Notes: generated from the letters alone by a model not told the origin. 64,000 bases of DNA from Amoebidium appalachense (GCA_963693365.1 CAVNZM010000013.1:1575817-1639816), one strand, 5' to 3'. Positions 11,367 through 59,889 are shown, counted from the stretch's first letter. A program made the numbers and translations.

Positions 11367-12497
11367 GTGGCTTGCTCCCCTTTGGTGGCGACCATGGTAG
11401 GCTTGCCCAGTGGTTCACCCCCGAGGTTTTGGCCCGTGTCCCGGAGGTGGCCCGCACCATCACTCGGCTGTCAGTGGGTGACAGCACGGAGTCCTCCTAC
11501 TCGTCCTACCAGCGCCAGTTTATCGACTTCATCTACGCAATGGACTGCCGCAATCCTGATGGTGGCTACCTGCCAGCCTGCCCAGCCCAAGTGCAGCTGT
11601 TCCTTGCCTGGTGCGCCATGCGTGCGGTGCAAGCCCGGACCATGCCCAGCATCGTCTCCGCCGTCAACAGCCTGCACCGCAGCTTGGGCATGGCACCACC
11701 AGCGGGCTCCGGCCAGCAGAGCCTTCAGTGGTTTATCCGCGGGGCTGGCCGCTTCCTGCTGCTGGAAGGCAGCCACCGGCCCAAACGAGTGCTTGAGCCC
11801 CTCCTCCCAGCCGACCTCCGCGCCCTCCTCCCAGTCATCCAACCGGGCTCTTCATTGGAGGCCCTGCGTCTGTGGGCTGCCCTGCTGCTTGGCAGCTCGT
11901 GCCTCCTGCGCTCGGGCGAGTTCACGTCCAAATCTGCGGCCAAGTTCAACCCCCTCCTTCACGCCAAGCGTCGCGACGTCCAGCTCCTATGGCAGGATGG
12001 CCGCCTGATTGGGGCAACAGTCTTCCTGCCGACGTCTAAGACCGACCCCACGGGCAAGGGTGTTACCATCCGGGTGCCCGCCTTCCCGGAGGAGCCTTCC
12101 TTCTGCCCAGCAGCCAATCTAGCCCTCTTCCTGGGGGTCTCGTCAACCAGCCCTGAGGGCAGGCATCCACCCAGATGCACCCCTGTTCAGCGTCGACGGC
12201 AGCCCTTACCTCATTGACAAGAGCACCTTCATCGCCGGTTTCCGCACAGCTCTACACCATGCGGGCTACGACCCCGACCGGTACGCCGGCCACAGCCTGC
12301 GCATAGGGGGGGCCACTGCAGCTGAGAGAGCGGGCCTACCTGACGCCACCATCAAAGCCCTTGGCCGCTGGGCATCAGACGCATTCATGGTCTACATCCG
12401 GCTGCCCCACCGCGACGTGCAAGCCTCCATTGCCACCGTCTGGTCACACCAGGGCCTCGCCACGGGACCTTGGGGCGGACCCCCTACATCGCAGTAG
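11367..12497 (+). pseudogene. Tyrosine recombinase of the Ngaro element, frameshifted at about 12150-12160
   Basis: LLRSGE and SKTD in one frame; GHSLRIGGAT, LGRWASDA and VYIR in the +1 frame, ending at TAG 12495-12497. The start is uncertain (see findings). Confidence 0.93.
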
Positions 12498-12507
12498 GGG
12501 GGCCTTG

Positions 12508-12921
12508 TGGTGCGGGGGGGCTCATGGCATGGACCCCCCCTGGCGGCCCCCGCCTCGGCCAGCCCCTTGGGTGCAGGCACGACGGCCTGCACTCCACGGA
12601 CACGGGGGGCATGAGGCAAGCACGAGTGAGTGATGTGAATGTACGTTTCATATGCGCAGCAGATGAAAGATGTTTCACGGATCACTTCGGGCGCAGGCAG
12701 CCGGGCGGCCCATGACGTCAGTGACACGGGCCGCGGCGCCAGGCGCAGCCGCAGCGGCGGCTGACATCGGTCTGGCGCAGCGCCTGACGTCAGGCGCCAC
12801 CAGCGCCGGTATTTCCGGCGCAGCACACTGCAGATGCAGGCCACCTTCGTTTTCGCCGTGTGCTGCACGTACGGTTTTTGTTAGCACGATTGCGTTTTCG
12901 GTGGCTAGCACACGGCGGCTC
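12508..12921 (+). repeat. Internal B1-A2 junction region
   Basis: The end of B (GATGTGAA) is fused directly to the start of A (TGTACG), reproducing the circle junction. Confidence 0.95.
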
Positions 12922-13035
12922 CCACCCACCCACCTCTAAGTCTGTATACATGACGGTGTACGTATGCGACTGTGACTGGCTCACAGCCCGATTGCAGCGG
13001 CAATAAAGCATGTCGAGGCGGGGCCCAGCCCCGGC

Positions 13036-13168
13036 TGGTGCGGGGGGGGCTCATGGCATGGACCCCCCCTGGCGGCCCCCGCCTCGGCCAGCCCCTTGGG
13101 TGCAGGCACGACGGCCTGCACTCCACGGACACGGGGGGCATGAGGCAAGCACGAGTGAGTGATGTGAA
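13036..13168 (+). repeat. Split direct repeat B2 (right terminus)
   Basis: Identical to B1 except for one extra G in the G run. Confidence 0.95.
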
Positions 13169-13187
13169 ACATTTCTAAACCGGTCTA

Positions 13188-16269
<3,082 letters not shown>

Positions 16270-16697
16270 TAAGGCGCTTCGGATTTGCACTCTTGTTGTG
16301 TAGCTTTCACAAGCTTGGTGAATGGTGATTCTGACATTCACCGTGTAAAGTTGGATCTCTGATTTATATACCTGAGCGGACATGAGGCTCCGATCGTTTC
16401 ATTGGCTGGCGCTTTTTTTGAGCTGATAGGCTCTTGGTTTTTACCCGAGCCGGTCTAAATTATCAGCAGGAATACCCCCTCATAATCAACGTTGAACGGT
16501 CACATGAACAGGGGAGCCGTGAAAAATGCATTAAAATGCCCAAATAAAGGTTAGAACTTGAAATATGCCAGATTTGTGTTTGCCTACTACCAGCATAATA
16601 TGCCATTCACGCATACATCTTCCATTTGGCAAGCCATCCTTCGGTCCCGAACTTCGTAAGTAGGACAAAGGCAAGCACGCCACATCATGGCCCACAT

Positions 16698-17485
16698 CAG
16701 GCTGTGAAATTAGGATTTTGGTTAGGGGCATTTTCCGACTTTTTGCCATGCGCTGGTGACCCTAAACTGGCCACTGCCGAAATTAGGGGGTATTTTTTGA
16801 CCCCTAATGTAAATGCTGCATATATAAAGAAATCGGTTTTTAAGCAAATATATCCGGCGTTTATCTTACTTTCAGTATATCTTTGGATATACCAAGAGTA
16901 TCATAATGTGTGTGCATGTGAGACTAGTATGTGTGGGTTGGTACCGGTGTGTGAGAGGTTGTGAGGTTGGTACAGTATGGATATGCTTAGTATACGTAGG
17001 TTCGCCAAAGCGGTTTCTGGGTGATATCAAATCACTATGCAAAAGGATTTAATGCCCCCTATTTTTTAAACAATGATAACAACATCATATCAATACACGG
17101 CATAATAAGGCTTTAAACGGAAACTGATCAAATTTAGTGCTTTGGGCTATCTCTGCAGGTGAACATTCAGGAGCCGTGATGCTGGGGCTTTTCTCAAAAA
17201 TTGTTAGTTTTCTAACTTATATCCAGGCACGGGGCTTGAAACAACAATCTTTTAAGAGATTGTGTTAAACCAACACCTTTTCTCCCCTCTAAAACGACTA
17301 TAACTAATAGGTTAGACAAGTATTCAATCTTTTATTATGATTTATATACATTGTGATTAATTTCCTATGACCCTAATAGGGTCACAAGCTCAAAAATCAG
17401 TGGACCTAACCTCCAAAAGTTAGGGACGCTTTTCGGATTTTCAGGGGCATTTTTGTGCCCCTAAACCCCCTAATTTCACAGCCTG
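16698..17485. mobile_element. Non-autonomous hAT element (788 bp)
   Basis: 17-bp perfect TIR CAGGCTGTGAAATTAGG and perfect 8-bp TSD GCCCACAT (16690-16697, 17486-17493). Confidence 0.93.
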
Positions 17486-17877
17486 GCCCACATGGGCACA
17501 CGCGACCCTTACCTCCAAATCGGTGGATCGTTAAAATCTTATTGGTAGCCACAGGATGCACATTGACCAATAGCATGCTAGGAAGTCTGGTAGGCTACTA
17601 CTAGGGACGCGCGGCAACAGGCTGGACGATGGAGAAAAGCTCGGTGTTCATTAAACATGAGGGAGTGCATAAATGCTGGATAATATAGTAATGTTAGTTG
17701 GTCTTTGATTTTATACCCAGAAAGTTATTAAAATGGGGTACAAGTCCAATGCCTGTCCTTTTCAAGAAAAAATCTCCTTACACCTCCAAGGGCACAGTAG
17801 TTCAACAGTCTGTGCATAAACCCCATGCATCTTGATCAAATTCCATTTGAGCGAATGGGAGGGGTCACTAGCTCACC

Positions 17878-19512
<1,635 letters not shown>

Positions 19513-19920
19513 GCTCACCGCATCACAATTACCGGTCTTCAACCACTTCAAAGTTTCAAGTATATTTAAACTTATCTCGGCGTATAACTATCAAAATATC
19601 CTACAAGTGTTACAAGAACATCAAAACAGTTCCATTTGCAACAAGTTTTTTTCTTCCTAAAGAGACCATTTGGTTTTCTAAAATGAACTGCGCCCGGGAA
19701 CATGATCCGGGGGTGATCTGATGATGATGATTTCCAAAGTCATTATAAAAAAGATTTACAAATTCGCGACAAGGGGAACCTTTTGTATTGCTGCGGACAT
19801 CGTCGGGGGCCCAGCCTCACTTGACGGCCAGGGTTCGAAGTTACGAAAAAAAAAATCGGAATTTCCGATATTTGAAAACACAGTTCCGAAAATCGTCCCG
19901 GACGAATCGGAACGCCCGAG

Positions 19921-20008
<88 letters not shown>

Positions 20009-20847
20009 CGGCCCCCGGGGGGAAGCTTCTCATGACTTCGCAGGTCTCATCATACACGGGGCATACACCACCCACACAAGCTGCACACGTACGTACGTGT
20101 CTCCCTGTCCCTGTAGAATGTTCAATGGCAGACCCTGACTACAGCACCAGCCTAGCACATGTACATGTCACACCAAACACATTTATGCACACACCCACGC
20201 GCACACACACACACACAGACACACAGACACACACACACATTCACACACACACAGCCGTGACACCACATATGCATCATAGCCATGCATATGCATGGCCACA
20301 TGAACATACAATGCATATGCCTGCGCATGTATATATAGGCTGGCCTCCACTTCAAAACTTCACCCCCCCCAGAAATCGAACCCCATCCCCCCCTCCTCCG
20401 CTGCCCACCGTTCCCTCCACCAGTGCTGCCCCTCCTTCTCCCCCACCGCCGCTCCGGCCTCACCCCCCCCCCCCCCCCCCCCTCTCAGGCGGATTCCCCC
20501 CCCCCCCCCCCTACTAGTAATCCCCCCCCCCCCCCCCCCCCCCCCCTTCCCCCCAGGAAGGCCTAAACATGGAATGGATCTAGATGCTCAGAGTCGACGG
20601 CCACCAGGTGCAGGTGCCACGTGTATCACGATCAGTGGCGCGCATCTTAAATGGCAGGCAATACACACGCTGTGCACCACCGTGTTCCGTTCAAAGACAC
20701 ACATGCACATACATACACAGCGGCTGCCGTGACACCACACGTGACCTAGGCTAGTACACGTGCACAGGCACATACTATCTCAGATCATGATAACTGTATT
20801 ACAAACGTGCACATGCATCCACCCTGTACAATCACTTGCTATGCACC

Positions 20848-20894
<47 letters not shown>

Positions 20895-20896
20895 TG

Positions 20897-20932
<36 letters not shown>

Positions 20933-21213
20933 ACTTACACTGCACACACACACCATGTACACGGCGCACGCACACACACCCCGTGGCACACACACACAAA
21001 CACACAAACACACACACACACACAAGAAACCGTTGGTACAAACACACACACCCACACTGGCATGTACACACACATACACAGACCGTACACACCCTGCATA
21101 CATACACACCACACTGCACACACACACACATACATACACACACTGTACATAGAATTACATACACACCATAACCGTTGACACAAAACACACACACACATGC
21201 ACACAATGTCATG

Positions 21214-21245
<32 letters not shown>

Positions 21246-21664
21246 CACACACACACGTGCACATGTGCACACATGCACACAACATAGACACACACACACA
21301 CCGATTACCGCTGACACAAATACACACACCCACACCTGTACACATACACACAGACACACACAATGTCGTGCATACATACCCACCACACACACACACACAC
21401 AATTGCAAAGAAAAATACACACACACACACAAACACAAACACAACCACCCAACGTGATTTTCTTCCCCCCCCCCCCCCCCCCCTCCCCCCGAGCTTCCCA
21501 TGTTGCTGCCTCAACTCACTCCCCCCTCCCCGCCCCCCCCCCCCCCCCCCCCCCTCCCCCCCTCCCTCCCTCCCCTCCCCTCCCCCAGATCTAGAATTTT
21601 TAGATAAAAACAAGGGACACTACTTGACGGTTACTAGGTGCTGGTGTGTTGTCAGAGATCCGAT

Positions 21665-22050
21665 TTATTTGAATGGGTTGGCAATAATATACACATTGTG
21701 CACCCTGTTCCAGTCAAAAGCCAGGAAATCTGCCTGAGCCTTCTTTTGGGCTGCTGCCTCGGCCACCTGGGCCTTTTCCAACTGCTCCTTGACCCCTTCT
21801 ACAGTCAACCCTTTCAGTTTGCCCTCTTTAACTAATTTCTTAGCCATTTCTTTCTGAAACCTAAGCTCAGCTTTCACGTGCTTCACATCTGCCTCTATAT
21901 CCGGCCCATTCATGGCTATCATGAGCTGATTGTGCACTGTCTGTGTTGTCATACGTGCTTTGAGAGAAGTCTTAATGATATTCACACCAGAGAAGCACGT
22001 TCACAGCTTGTTGCATTACTAATTGGGAGTATTCTCACAATGTTAACAAT
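21665..22050 (-). pseudogene. hAT transposase C-terminal dimerisation-domain remnant
   Basis: ILPISNATSCERA(frameshift)SGVNIIKTSLKARMTTQTVHNQLMIAMNGP fits the hAT C-terminal consensus. Termini were not defined. Confidence 0.75.
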
Positions 22051-22637
22051 GCCTCACAATGTTAAGAAAATGCGTGCACTGGGAAAAAATAAGGCCACGG
22101 ACACAGTGACACACACAGGGACTAGGTACATATGCACACATAGTATATCCTCATATACACTGGCACTGCCGCACATATGTGTAAGAGGACGTGACCGTAC
22201 GTATATACGTAGACAATAATATATATTGTGCATTAATGCACTTCGATTTTCCCTTCTATTCCTTCAAAGCTTCAACTGCCAACACCAGGAAGGCCTCTAA
22301 TAACCACAGGGGTTTTTAAGTATGCATTAAAATTACATTTTGATGCAATATAGGCACAAATAAGCATGCACTAGTTTACTGACGCGCGACGATTACGATT
22401 TTTGGTGGGCCTGCTCCGACGGAGCATTCCGATTTTCGAAGAGGTTTTCCGAAACGGGATTTCGACTTCCGTTAATGGGCTCCACCGTCCTTCCCTCTAA
22501 CCCACAAAGGTCAGATTCACCAAGTGAAAGCAACAGCAGCGCATATCCGAAGCGCCTTCAATCTAGTATTGCAACTTATCAACCACAAAACAACAGCAGC
22601 ATTTCACTTGGATTTTTTATTAGCACACACACACAAC

Positions 22638-24664
22638 ATGAAGGGACAGTGCGCTACCGCTGCTTTTGTCAGCAACGAGAGCAACGACTATGTACATTGT
22701 GCGCAACGGCAAGGCCAAGGATGCGCTCAAGGCTGCACCCGAGGGCATGCCCACAGTGGCAGCCATGATTCCATTCTGTGCGCAGAAGTACCCCAACGCC
22801 CGCATGTTTGGAACGCGTCAGATCATTGCCCGCGACATGGTCACCGACGCAAAGACCGGCAGGCAGCTCGAGAAGCTTGCCTTGGGCGAGTATCAGTGGC
22901 AGACCTACTCCGAGGTGAATGCACGTGTGCAGAACTTTGGCAGCGGCCTGCGCCGTGCCGGGCTCACGTCCGGAGCCACGCTCACCATCTACATGAACAC
23001 GTGTGCAGAGTGGCAGATTGCCGCCCACGCCGCCTTCCAGATGACATCCCCCGTCGTGACCATCTATGCCACACTGGGTGAGGAGGCACAGGTGCATGGC
23101 ATGAACGAGACCGAGACCACCCACATTGTCACCGAGGTCTCTCTGCTCGCACAGCTGCGGCGGGTGGCCAAGCAGACCCCTGCCCTCACGACCATCATCT
23201 ACATGGGCACTGCCAATGAGAAGGACCTCGAAGGTTTCCCCGAGGGCATGCGGCTGCTCAAGTACGCCGACGTCGAAGCCGACGGCAAGGCAAACCCGAG
23301 CACCCCCGAAAAGACCCCCACCGCTAGCGACCTGGCCGTCATCATGTACACGTCTGGCTCCACGGGCATGCCCAAGGGCGTGCTGCTGACACACGGCAAC
23401 ATCGTGGCCGGTGTGCAGGGCCTCCGCGACAGCCTTCCCAACATGAGCTCCGGCGAGGACTTCTACCTTGCCTTCCTGCCCCTCGCACACATTCTTGCCC
23501 TCACAGCCGAGCTGTTCTTCATGTCGTGGGGCTGCAGCATCGGCTACGGCTCACCCACCACCCTTACCGAGACGTCCCCACGGCTCAAGCAGGGGTCCAA
23601 GGGCGACATTGCCACGCTGCGGCCCACCTACATGGCCTGTGTGCCCACCATCATCGACCGCATCCGTCAGGGGGTGCTCGGCAAGATCAACGCCGCATCC
23701 CCGACCGTCCAGAAGCTGTTCTGGAAGGGGTTTGCCGCCAAGGGGAAGGCCTTTGAGGCCAACGGGGGCCTCCTCAACGGCGCCAAAGATCAAGGCCGCG
23801 CTGGGTGGCCGCATGAAGGGCCTGGTGTCAGGCGGTGCCCCGCTGTCCACCGACTCGCAGCGGTTCATGGCCGTGTGCTTTGGCATCCCCGTCATCCAGG
23901 GCTACGGCCTGACAGAGACCTGCGCCATGGCCGCCGTCGGCGACGTCTTTTCCCGCGGAGTCTACGGCCGCGTGGGCATCCCCGAGACGTGCGTGCAGTA
24001 CAAGCTCATCGACTGGGAGGAGGGCGGCTACCGCGTGGCCGACAAGGACAACAAGGACATCGGGGCTGCACGCGGCGAGATCTGCATTGCCGGGCCATGC
24101 CTGGCCCAGGGCTACTACAAGCTGGCGGAAAAGACCGCTGAGGACTTCAAGACCGACGTGCACGGGGTGACGTGGTTCCACACGGGGGACATTGGCATGG
24201 TGCACGGTGACGGCACGCTGCAGATCATCGACCGCAAAAAGGACCTTGTGAAGCTTCAGCAGGGCGAGTACGTGTCCCTGGGCAAGGTCGAGGCCGCCCT
24301 GGCCGCCGCCCCCGGGGTCGAGCAGATCTGCGTGCACGCCGACCCGTTCCACGCGTTTGCCATTGCCCTCGTGGTGCCGCAGAAATCCGCCCTCCTGGAG
24401 CAGCTGACGGCGGCGGGGATCAACACGGACAGGCCGTGGGAGGAGGTGTGCGGAGACGCGGCGGTGGTCAAGCACGTGCTGGGGGGCATCGAGGGCACGG
24501 GCAGGCAGGCGCGGCTGGCGCGGTTCGAGGTGCCGCAGAAGATTGTGCTCATGGCCGACATGTGGACCCCCGAGTCGGGCCTGGTCACGGCCTCGCTCAA
24601 GCTGCAGCGCGCACAGATCTACAAGCGTTTTGCCGATCTGATCGCGGCCACATATGACAAGTAG
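22638..24664 (+). pseudogene. Long-chain fatty-acyl-CoA synthetase (ACSL3/4- or FAA-like), copy 2, intronless, two lesions
   Basis: Motifs IMYTSGSTGMPKGV, FLPLAH, SGGAP, GYGLTET, WFHTGDIG, IIDRKKDLVKLQQGEY. A 4-nt insertion at about 22690 and a net 32-nt deletion at about 23783 (relative to copy 1) shift the frame. Confidence 0.93.
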
Positions 24665-25157
24665 TGTTACTAGTACTTTAATTTTTTAATTATTACTAAT
24701 GTGTACATGCGGTAACACAGATTGATTTAAAGCTGAGAAAAGCAGCATAATCTGATCCCATCTAATTTCGTTTATGCTCTGACTGGTAGCGCAAATTTTT
24801 TTCCCTTTTTTTCGTGGCAACTGATCGTCAACATCCAAATTTACGCTTTCTAAAATCTGAAAAATAATTAGCTGGATGAGAGCCCGGCTGTTACATTGTA
24901 TGTACGGCCATTCTTATTAAAGATGTACAACAGAATACCAGTCTAAACATTTTATGTTCCTGTGTGTTCACCGCACAAGCAGTAGAAAAATCAGTCTCCA
25001 GAATCACAATCAACCCCCCCTCCCCCCCCCCCCCCCCCCCCCCCCACCATGGGGAGAAAAAAAGATGGGAAAAAGAAGGGAGAGAACACTTTAAACACAG
25101 GTATCACATGCACACATTCGAAAATACAACTACACAAACACAAACTGAGATAGTAAG

Positions 25158-25225
<68 letters not shown>

Positions 25226-25430
25226 GCGCGCACACGCGCACACGCACACACACAAACACACACACACACACACAAACACACACGTCACACACACACGCAC
25301 ACACACACATGCGCGCACACACTGTGACACACGCACACACAGGACCACACATGCACACGTACACAGGCGCACAGGCACACACACACACACACACACACGC
25401 ACACACACACACAAACACACACACGCACAC

Positions 25431-25472
<42 letters not shown>

Positions 25473-25499
25473 ACACACAAGAACGCACACACGCGCGTG

Positions 25500-25578
<79 letters not shown>

Positions 25579-25768
25579 CGAGATACCTAAAACACACGCA
25601 TGGGCACACAGCTGCAGGCACATATATGCACTCTGGGGGGAGATCTTAACCGTACTGGCTTCAAGTCTTTCTCAAATGAGCGCACAGACACACACACATG
25701 CTCTAATTATATTCTGCTCACAGAAGTTTATTTGGTATGCCCTGCATACAACTTTGGTAGGCTAACGG

Positions 25769-25810
25769 GTTTACGTTGTTTACTCGAGGAACAGAGACCA
25801 GTTTCAGGCA
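25769..25810 (-). mobile_element. Diverged 3'-terminal fragment of the LINE family
   Basis: GTTTACGTTGTTTACTCGAGGAACAGAGACCAGTTTCAGG matches the termini at 56441 and 58141. Confidence 0.65.
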
Positions 25811-26425
25811 CCGAAAAAAAAAAAAAAAAAAAAATAAAGGGGGGGGGGGGGGGGGGGGGGGGGGATGCCCTAAATTTTAACATGGGGGGTTTGACATAAG
25901 TATACCCAAAAAAGGAAAAGCCTTTGCTTTGCGCTACTGCATGCCCATTGACTACATGAATACCTTTCCTTTGCACTAGTGTGCAACAAATTCGGATATT
26001 AGCACCTGCATTTTTGGCAGAGTGAGTTTCAGAATGACGAATACATATACCGTTAAATATACTGATACACAAATTTACAAAATTATGGGTTAGTGTGACT
26101 GTAGCTTTGGATACACTTAGATATACTGATACAAAAAATTACAAATTTATGGGTTAAATAGATTGAAAAAAGCTTTGAAAAATTAAACGTACATGTGTGT
26201 AGTGTGGATTGATATTTACAGAGTCAAAGTAGACATGGAAATACCGAGACCTTTGCCAACTTTTAACAATTTAACACGTTATCTAGAATAGGCAGGGTTT
26301 AGGAGCCATCGCCCATGTCTAAAGGATAGATACCAAAGTTACCGGATTTTACGATTATTTTTCGATCATTCATACATGAATATGCCGGAGAACACCGCAT
26401 GATCAATCAAGGACGAATTGTAGCA

Positions 26426-26461
<36 letters not shown>

Positions 26462-26464
26462 TTT

Positions 26465-26501
<37 letters not shown>

Positions 26502-26547
26502 CCCCCCCCCCCCCCCCCCCTCTCTCTCTCTCCCCCCCCCCCCCCCC

Positions 26548-26626
<79 letters not shown>

Positions 26627-26657
26627 CAGATTCCCAATTGCCACACCCAGTGTCCTT

Positions 26658-52711
<26,054 letters not shown>

Positions 52712-53140
52712 CTGTGATATCAAATTCTAATGTTAAATTGATGTTATTTAATGTTCAAACTTTAAATAGCAGAATGAAGGGGGGAGGGAAGGGAACAGGG
52801 GGGATGAGTCGGCTGGTTGGTAGCACTCTACCAGGGAGAGGTTGCCCTTGCGCCCATGATTCCTGTGTCATTTTTGTGTTATCAAAAATCTTAATAGATG
52901 TGATATCAAATTCTAGAAGGTGAGAGGAATGTGGCTTTGGGATGGAAAGGAGAGGGGCAGGGGGGAGAGGGGGGGAGGGGCGGGGAGGGAAGGTGGGGGT
53001 GGGGGGGGGGGGGGGGGGGGGAAGGATGGGTCGGCTAGGTGGTAGCGTTCGAGCAAGCATTTTACTAGGTCCCATCGTTTCTGCATATTGAAAGCGCTGA
53101 TAACAGAACGGACCGCAAGAGGAGGTCGAGGTGTGTGTGC

Positions 53141-53209
<69 letters not shown>

Positions 53210-53234
53210 GGCGTGCGTGCGTACGTGCGTGCGG

Positions 53235-53269
<35 letters not shown>

Positions 53270-53322
53270 TGTGTGCGTGCGTGCGTGCGTGCGTGCGTGC
53301 GCGCTAGTGTGTCTGTGTAGGG

Positions 53323-53355
<33 letters not shown>

Positions 53356-53429
53356 AGGGGGTGATCCGAGTGGAAGGAGAGTAGTTAAAGAGGAGAGGAG
53401 GGAGGAAGGCAGGCAGGAAACAGTCGGCA

Positions 53430-55786
<2,357 letters not shown>

Positions 55787-56440
55787 TCTCGTTTCTGGAA
55801 TTCATAGGCCATACAAAGGGAAGTTTTGGAAAAGTGTTACTAAGAGATGATACTCTGGCCTAGTGTGGTAAGCTTAATGTTGAAGCATCTGTATTGCATA
55901 ATGCAGAATAACGTGTGCTCAAGCGCTACTGCCAAATAGTTGGTTAAATGGGTTAAGAGATGTCTGTGTCGGAAGTATTCGGTCCAATGAGTTGTGTTGG
56001 TAATTGGTCGGTCCGAATTGCGTAGCGTAGAGGGTGATGGGTATAGTCTTTTTGTAGATAGTACAGGCACTCCCGTAGCCAACCAAAAAAAATACCTAAA
56101 ATTTCCTGATATAGGCGTCCGGTGCTTTTGTTAATACGTGCTCTATCTATGCTTTACAAGCTTTATACAATTATTACCATGCACTTAAAAAGAAACATCA
56201 ACGCTTCCTTCTACACATAGCAGATGGTTTGGAAGGGCCGACTCAAGCGCCTTCCTTCAAGTTCAGAGAAGGGCGATGGCTCACTCTCTGGTTAGTCTAA
56301 ACGTTTGACGTCATTGAAAATAATCAGAGTGTTTGAGGGTTCGCATTTTTATTCCATAGAGTCCTCATCCTTAGCCTACACAGACCAAGGCGCGAAACAT
56401 CCGCCAATAGATAAGAGTATGTATGATGTAACCATGGGGG

Positions 56441-56632
56441 GTTTACGCTGTTTACTCGAGGCAAAGAGAACCAGTCTCAGGTATGGGGGGGGGGGTTTTG
56501 CTCGGAATATCCCCTCAGCGGTATATCATGATCACGTACATAGATGTCGGGTGGTGACTATATATCAGGGTTTACTTTCTCTACGAGACACCATAAAGAC
56601 TACAAGGAGAAATCAATTAGTTGGGGTTCCCC

Positions 56633-56675
<43 letters not shown>

Positions 56676-56707
56676 GGGCTCCCCTCGGGACACTCGGTAT
56701 CAGCTGG

Positions 56708-56762
<55 letters not shown>

Positions 56763-57992
56763 TGTGTGTGTGTGCGCGTGCGCTATAATTTTGTAGTGAT
56801 GTGTTTCTCAAGCCAATCAATACATCTAATAAACAGGTCGTAGTTACGCGTGTTTAGTATAAAATCAAGGATGTTGTAATTTACAGGTAGGCTATCTTTC
56901 TGGGTGTCTGTTGTGAATGTGACGTGTCTGTGTTGCGGTATTATGTGGTCTATCAAACTACATTTGGCGATACATGACCGGTTAAACTGGTGTGTGTGTG
57001 TGTTGTTTGGGCATGCAAATGATGCCACCTTATACTTATTAGATCTCCACTGTATAGCACGTGTACAGTAAAAGCGTGGCAATTGATCAATAATACCATC
57101 AGCTAGAGAAAGACCAGTTCTACAGGAAGGTAATATGTATTTAGGTGTTATACACTTGCGAGTGCCATATTTGGCAATATGGTTGAGGCGGTCAGTATAT
57201 ATAAAACGAGACATAAGGCTTAGTTTTTCAAGGTGTATGCTTTCATCGGGTCTAGTGTCGTGTGGTATCTTTTTCCATTTGTTATATTGCGTGATTATCT
57301 TGTGATTGTGTACATGTTTAATAAGTAAGTGGCAGTCCAAAGTCACACACACACTATTGCGGGGTTTATTTGTATTTGTGCCCAGGGGAGAAGGGGAGAG
57401 AGAGGGGAGGAAAGAGGGGAGAGGTGAGGAGGGGACAGGTCGGATAGAGAAGAGAGGGTGGGAGGGCAAATGCTTCTTTAAGCGGCTTATGTGCTTATTG
57501 AATTTCAGCGCGAGATAGGATACTCTAGCAGCTATTGGGACCAGACCATATATCGAGAGCGTTACAGGCCCAGGTTTACAACAGTTGTTAGATAGAAAGG
57601 AGGCAACTTCTGCTTCAAGGAAATTTGCCAAGGGTTTAAGCGCTCTAGTTCTCTCTTTCTTGATCCAAGCGGCGAGAAGGGGTAAACCATATTCACATGC
57701 CGGGAAGACAAAAGTGCGAATAAATGTAAGTCTAATAGAAGGATGGAGGGGTGTGTCTTTAAAAATATTAGCCGAGAAGAAAGCTAACCGCTTACGAGCC
57801 AACTCTACCCTCTTTTCGACCATATGGGGAAACATAACACCAACAGAATCAACCGGAACACCAAGATATTTGTATTCTGGAACTATAGGTACAGGTTTAG
57901 ATGATAATGTAAATGTGTGTAAATTGTTAGCTATATCAGGTACAAGAACACCACATTTGTCTATGTTAAGGATCATAAGGTTTGCCTTGCAC
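56441..57992 (-). mobile_element. 5'-truncated LINE copy 2 with intact ORF2 C-terminal frame (56783-57992) and complete 3' UTR
   Basis: Near identical to 1-1311; continues through (CA)n, an internal poly(A) and about 190 nt more. Confidence 0.96.
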
Positions 57993-58140
57993 AAATGGGT
58001 TTATTGCTCTTCACCGGGCCGATCCGATCCAGGACGTACGTATTGGAATCAGGCCCAGCCCCCAGCATCTGGCCAAGTAGTGATAATTCAGGGGTTTACT
58101 CCAAGTACTCCTAAATAGCACACCTATTTAGGAGGCCTTG

Positions 58141-59889
<1,749 letters not shown>

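Larger units (their letters stand above)
7503..13168 (+). mobile_element. Tyrosine-recombinase retrotransposon (DIRS order, Ngaro/PAT-type split direct repeats A1-ORFs-B1-A2-spacer-B2)
   Basis: gag, RT/RNase H and YR ORFs. A1 7505-7780 matches A2 12640-12921, and B1 12508-12639 matches B2 13036-13168. There is no TSD; both junctions share an AA with the internal B1/A2 junction. Confidence 0.96.

Noticed and set aside
19820-22490. TIRs around the hAT transposase remnant
   Set aside because: CCGA/TCGG-rich subterminal-like patches exist, but I found no convincing inverted termini or TSD.
22688-22694. TA->TATGTA as a Tc1/mariner excision footprint
   Set aside because: Possible, but it is equally an inverted templated insertion like the six others, so it is not claimed separately.
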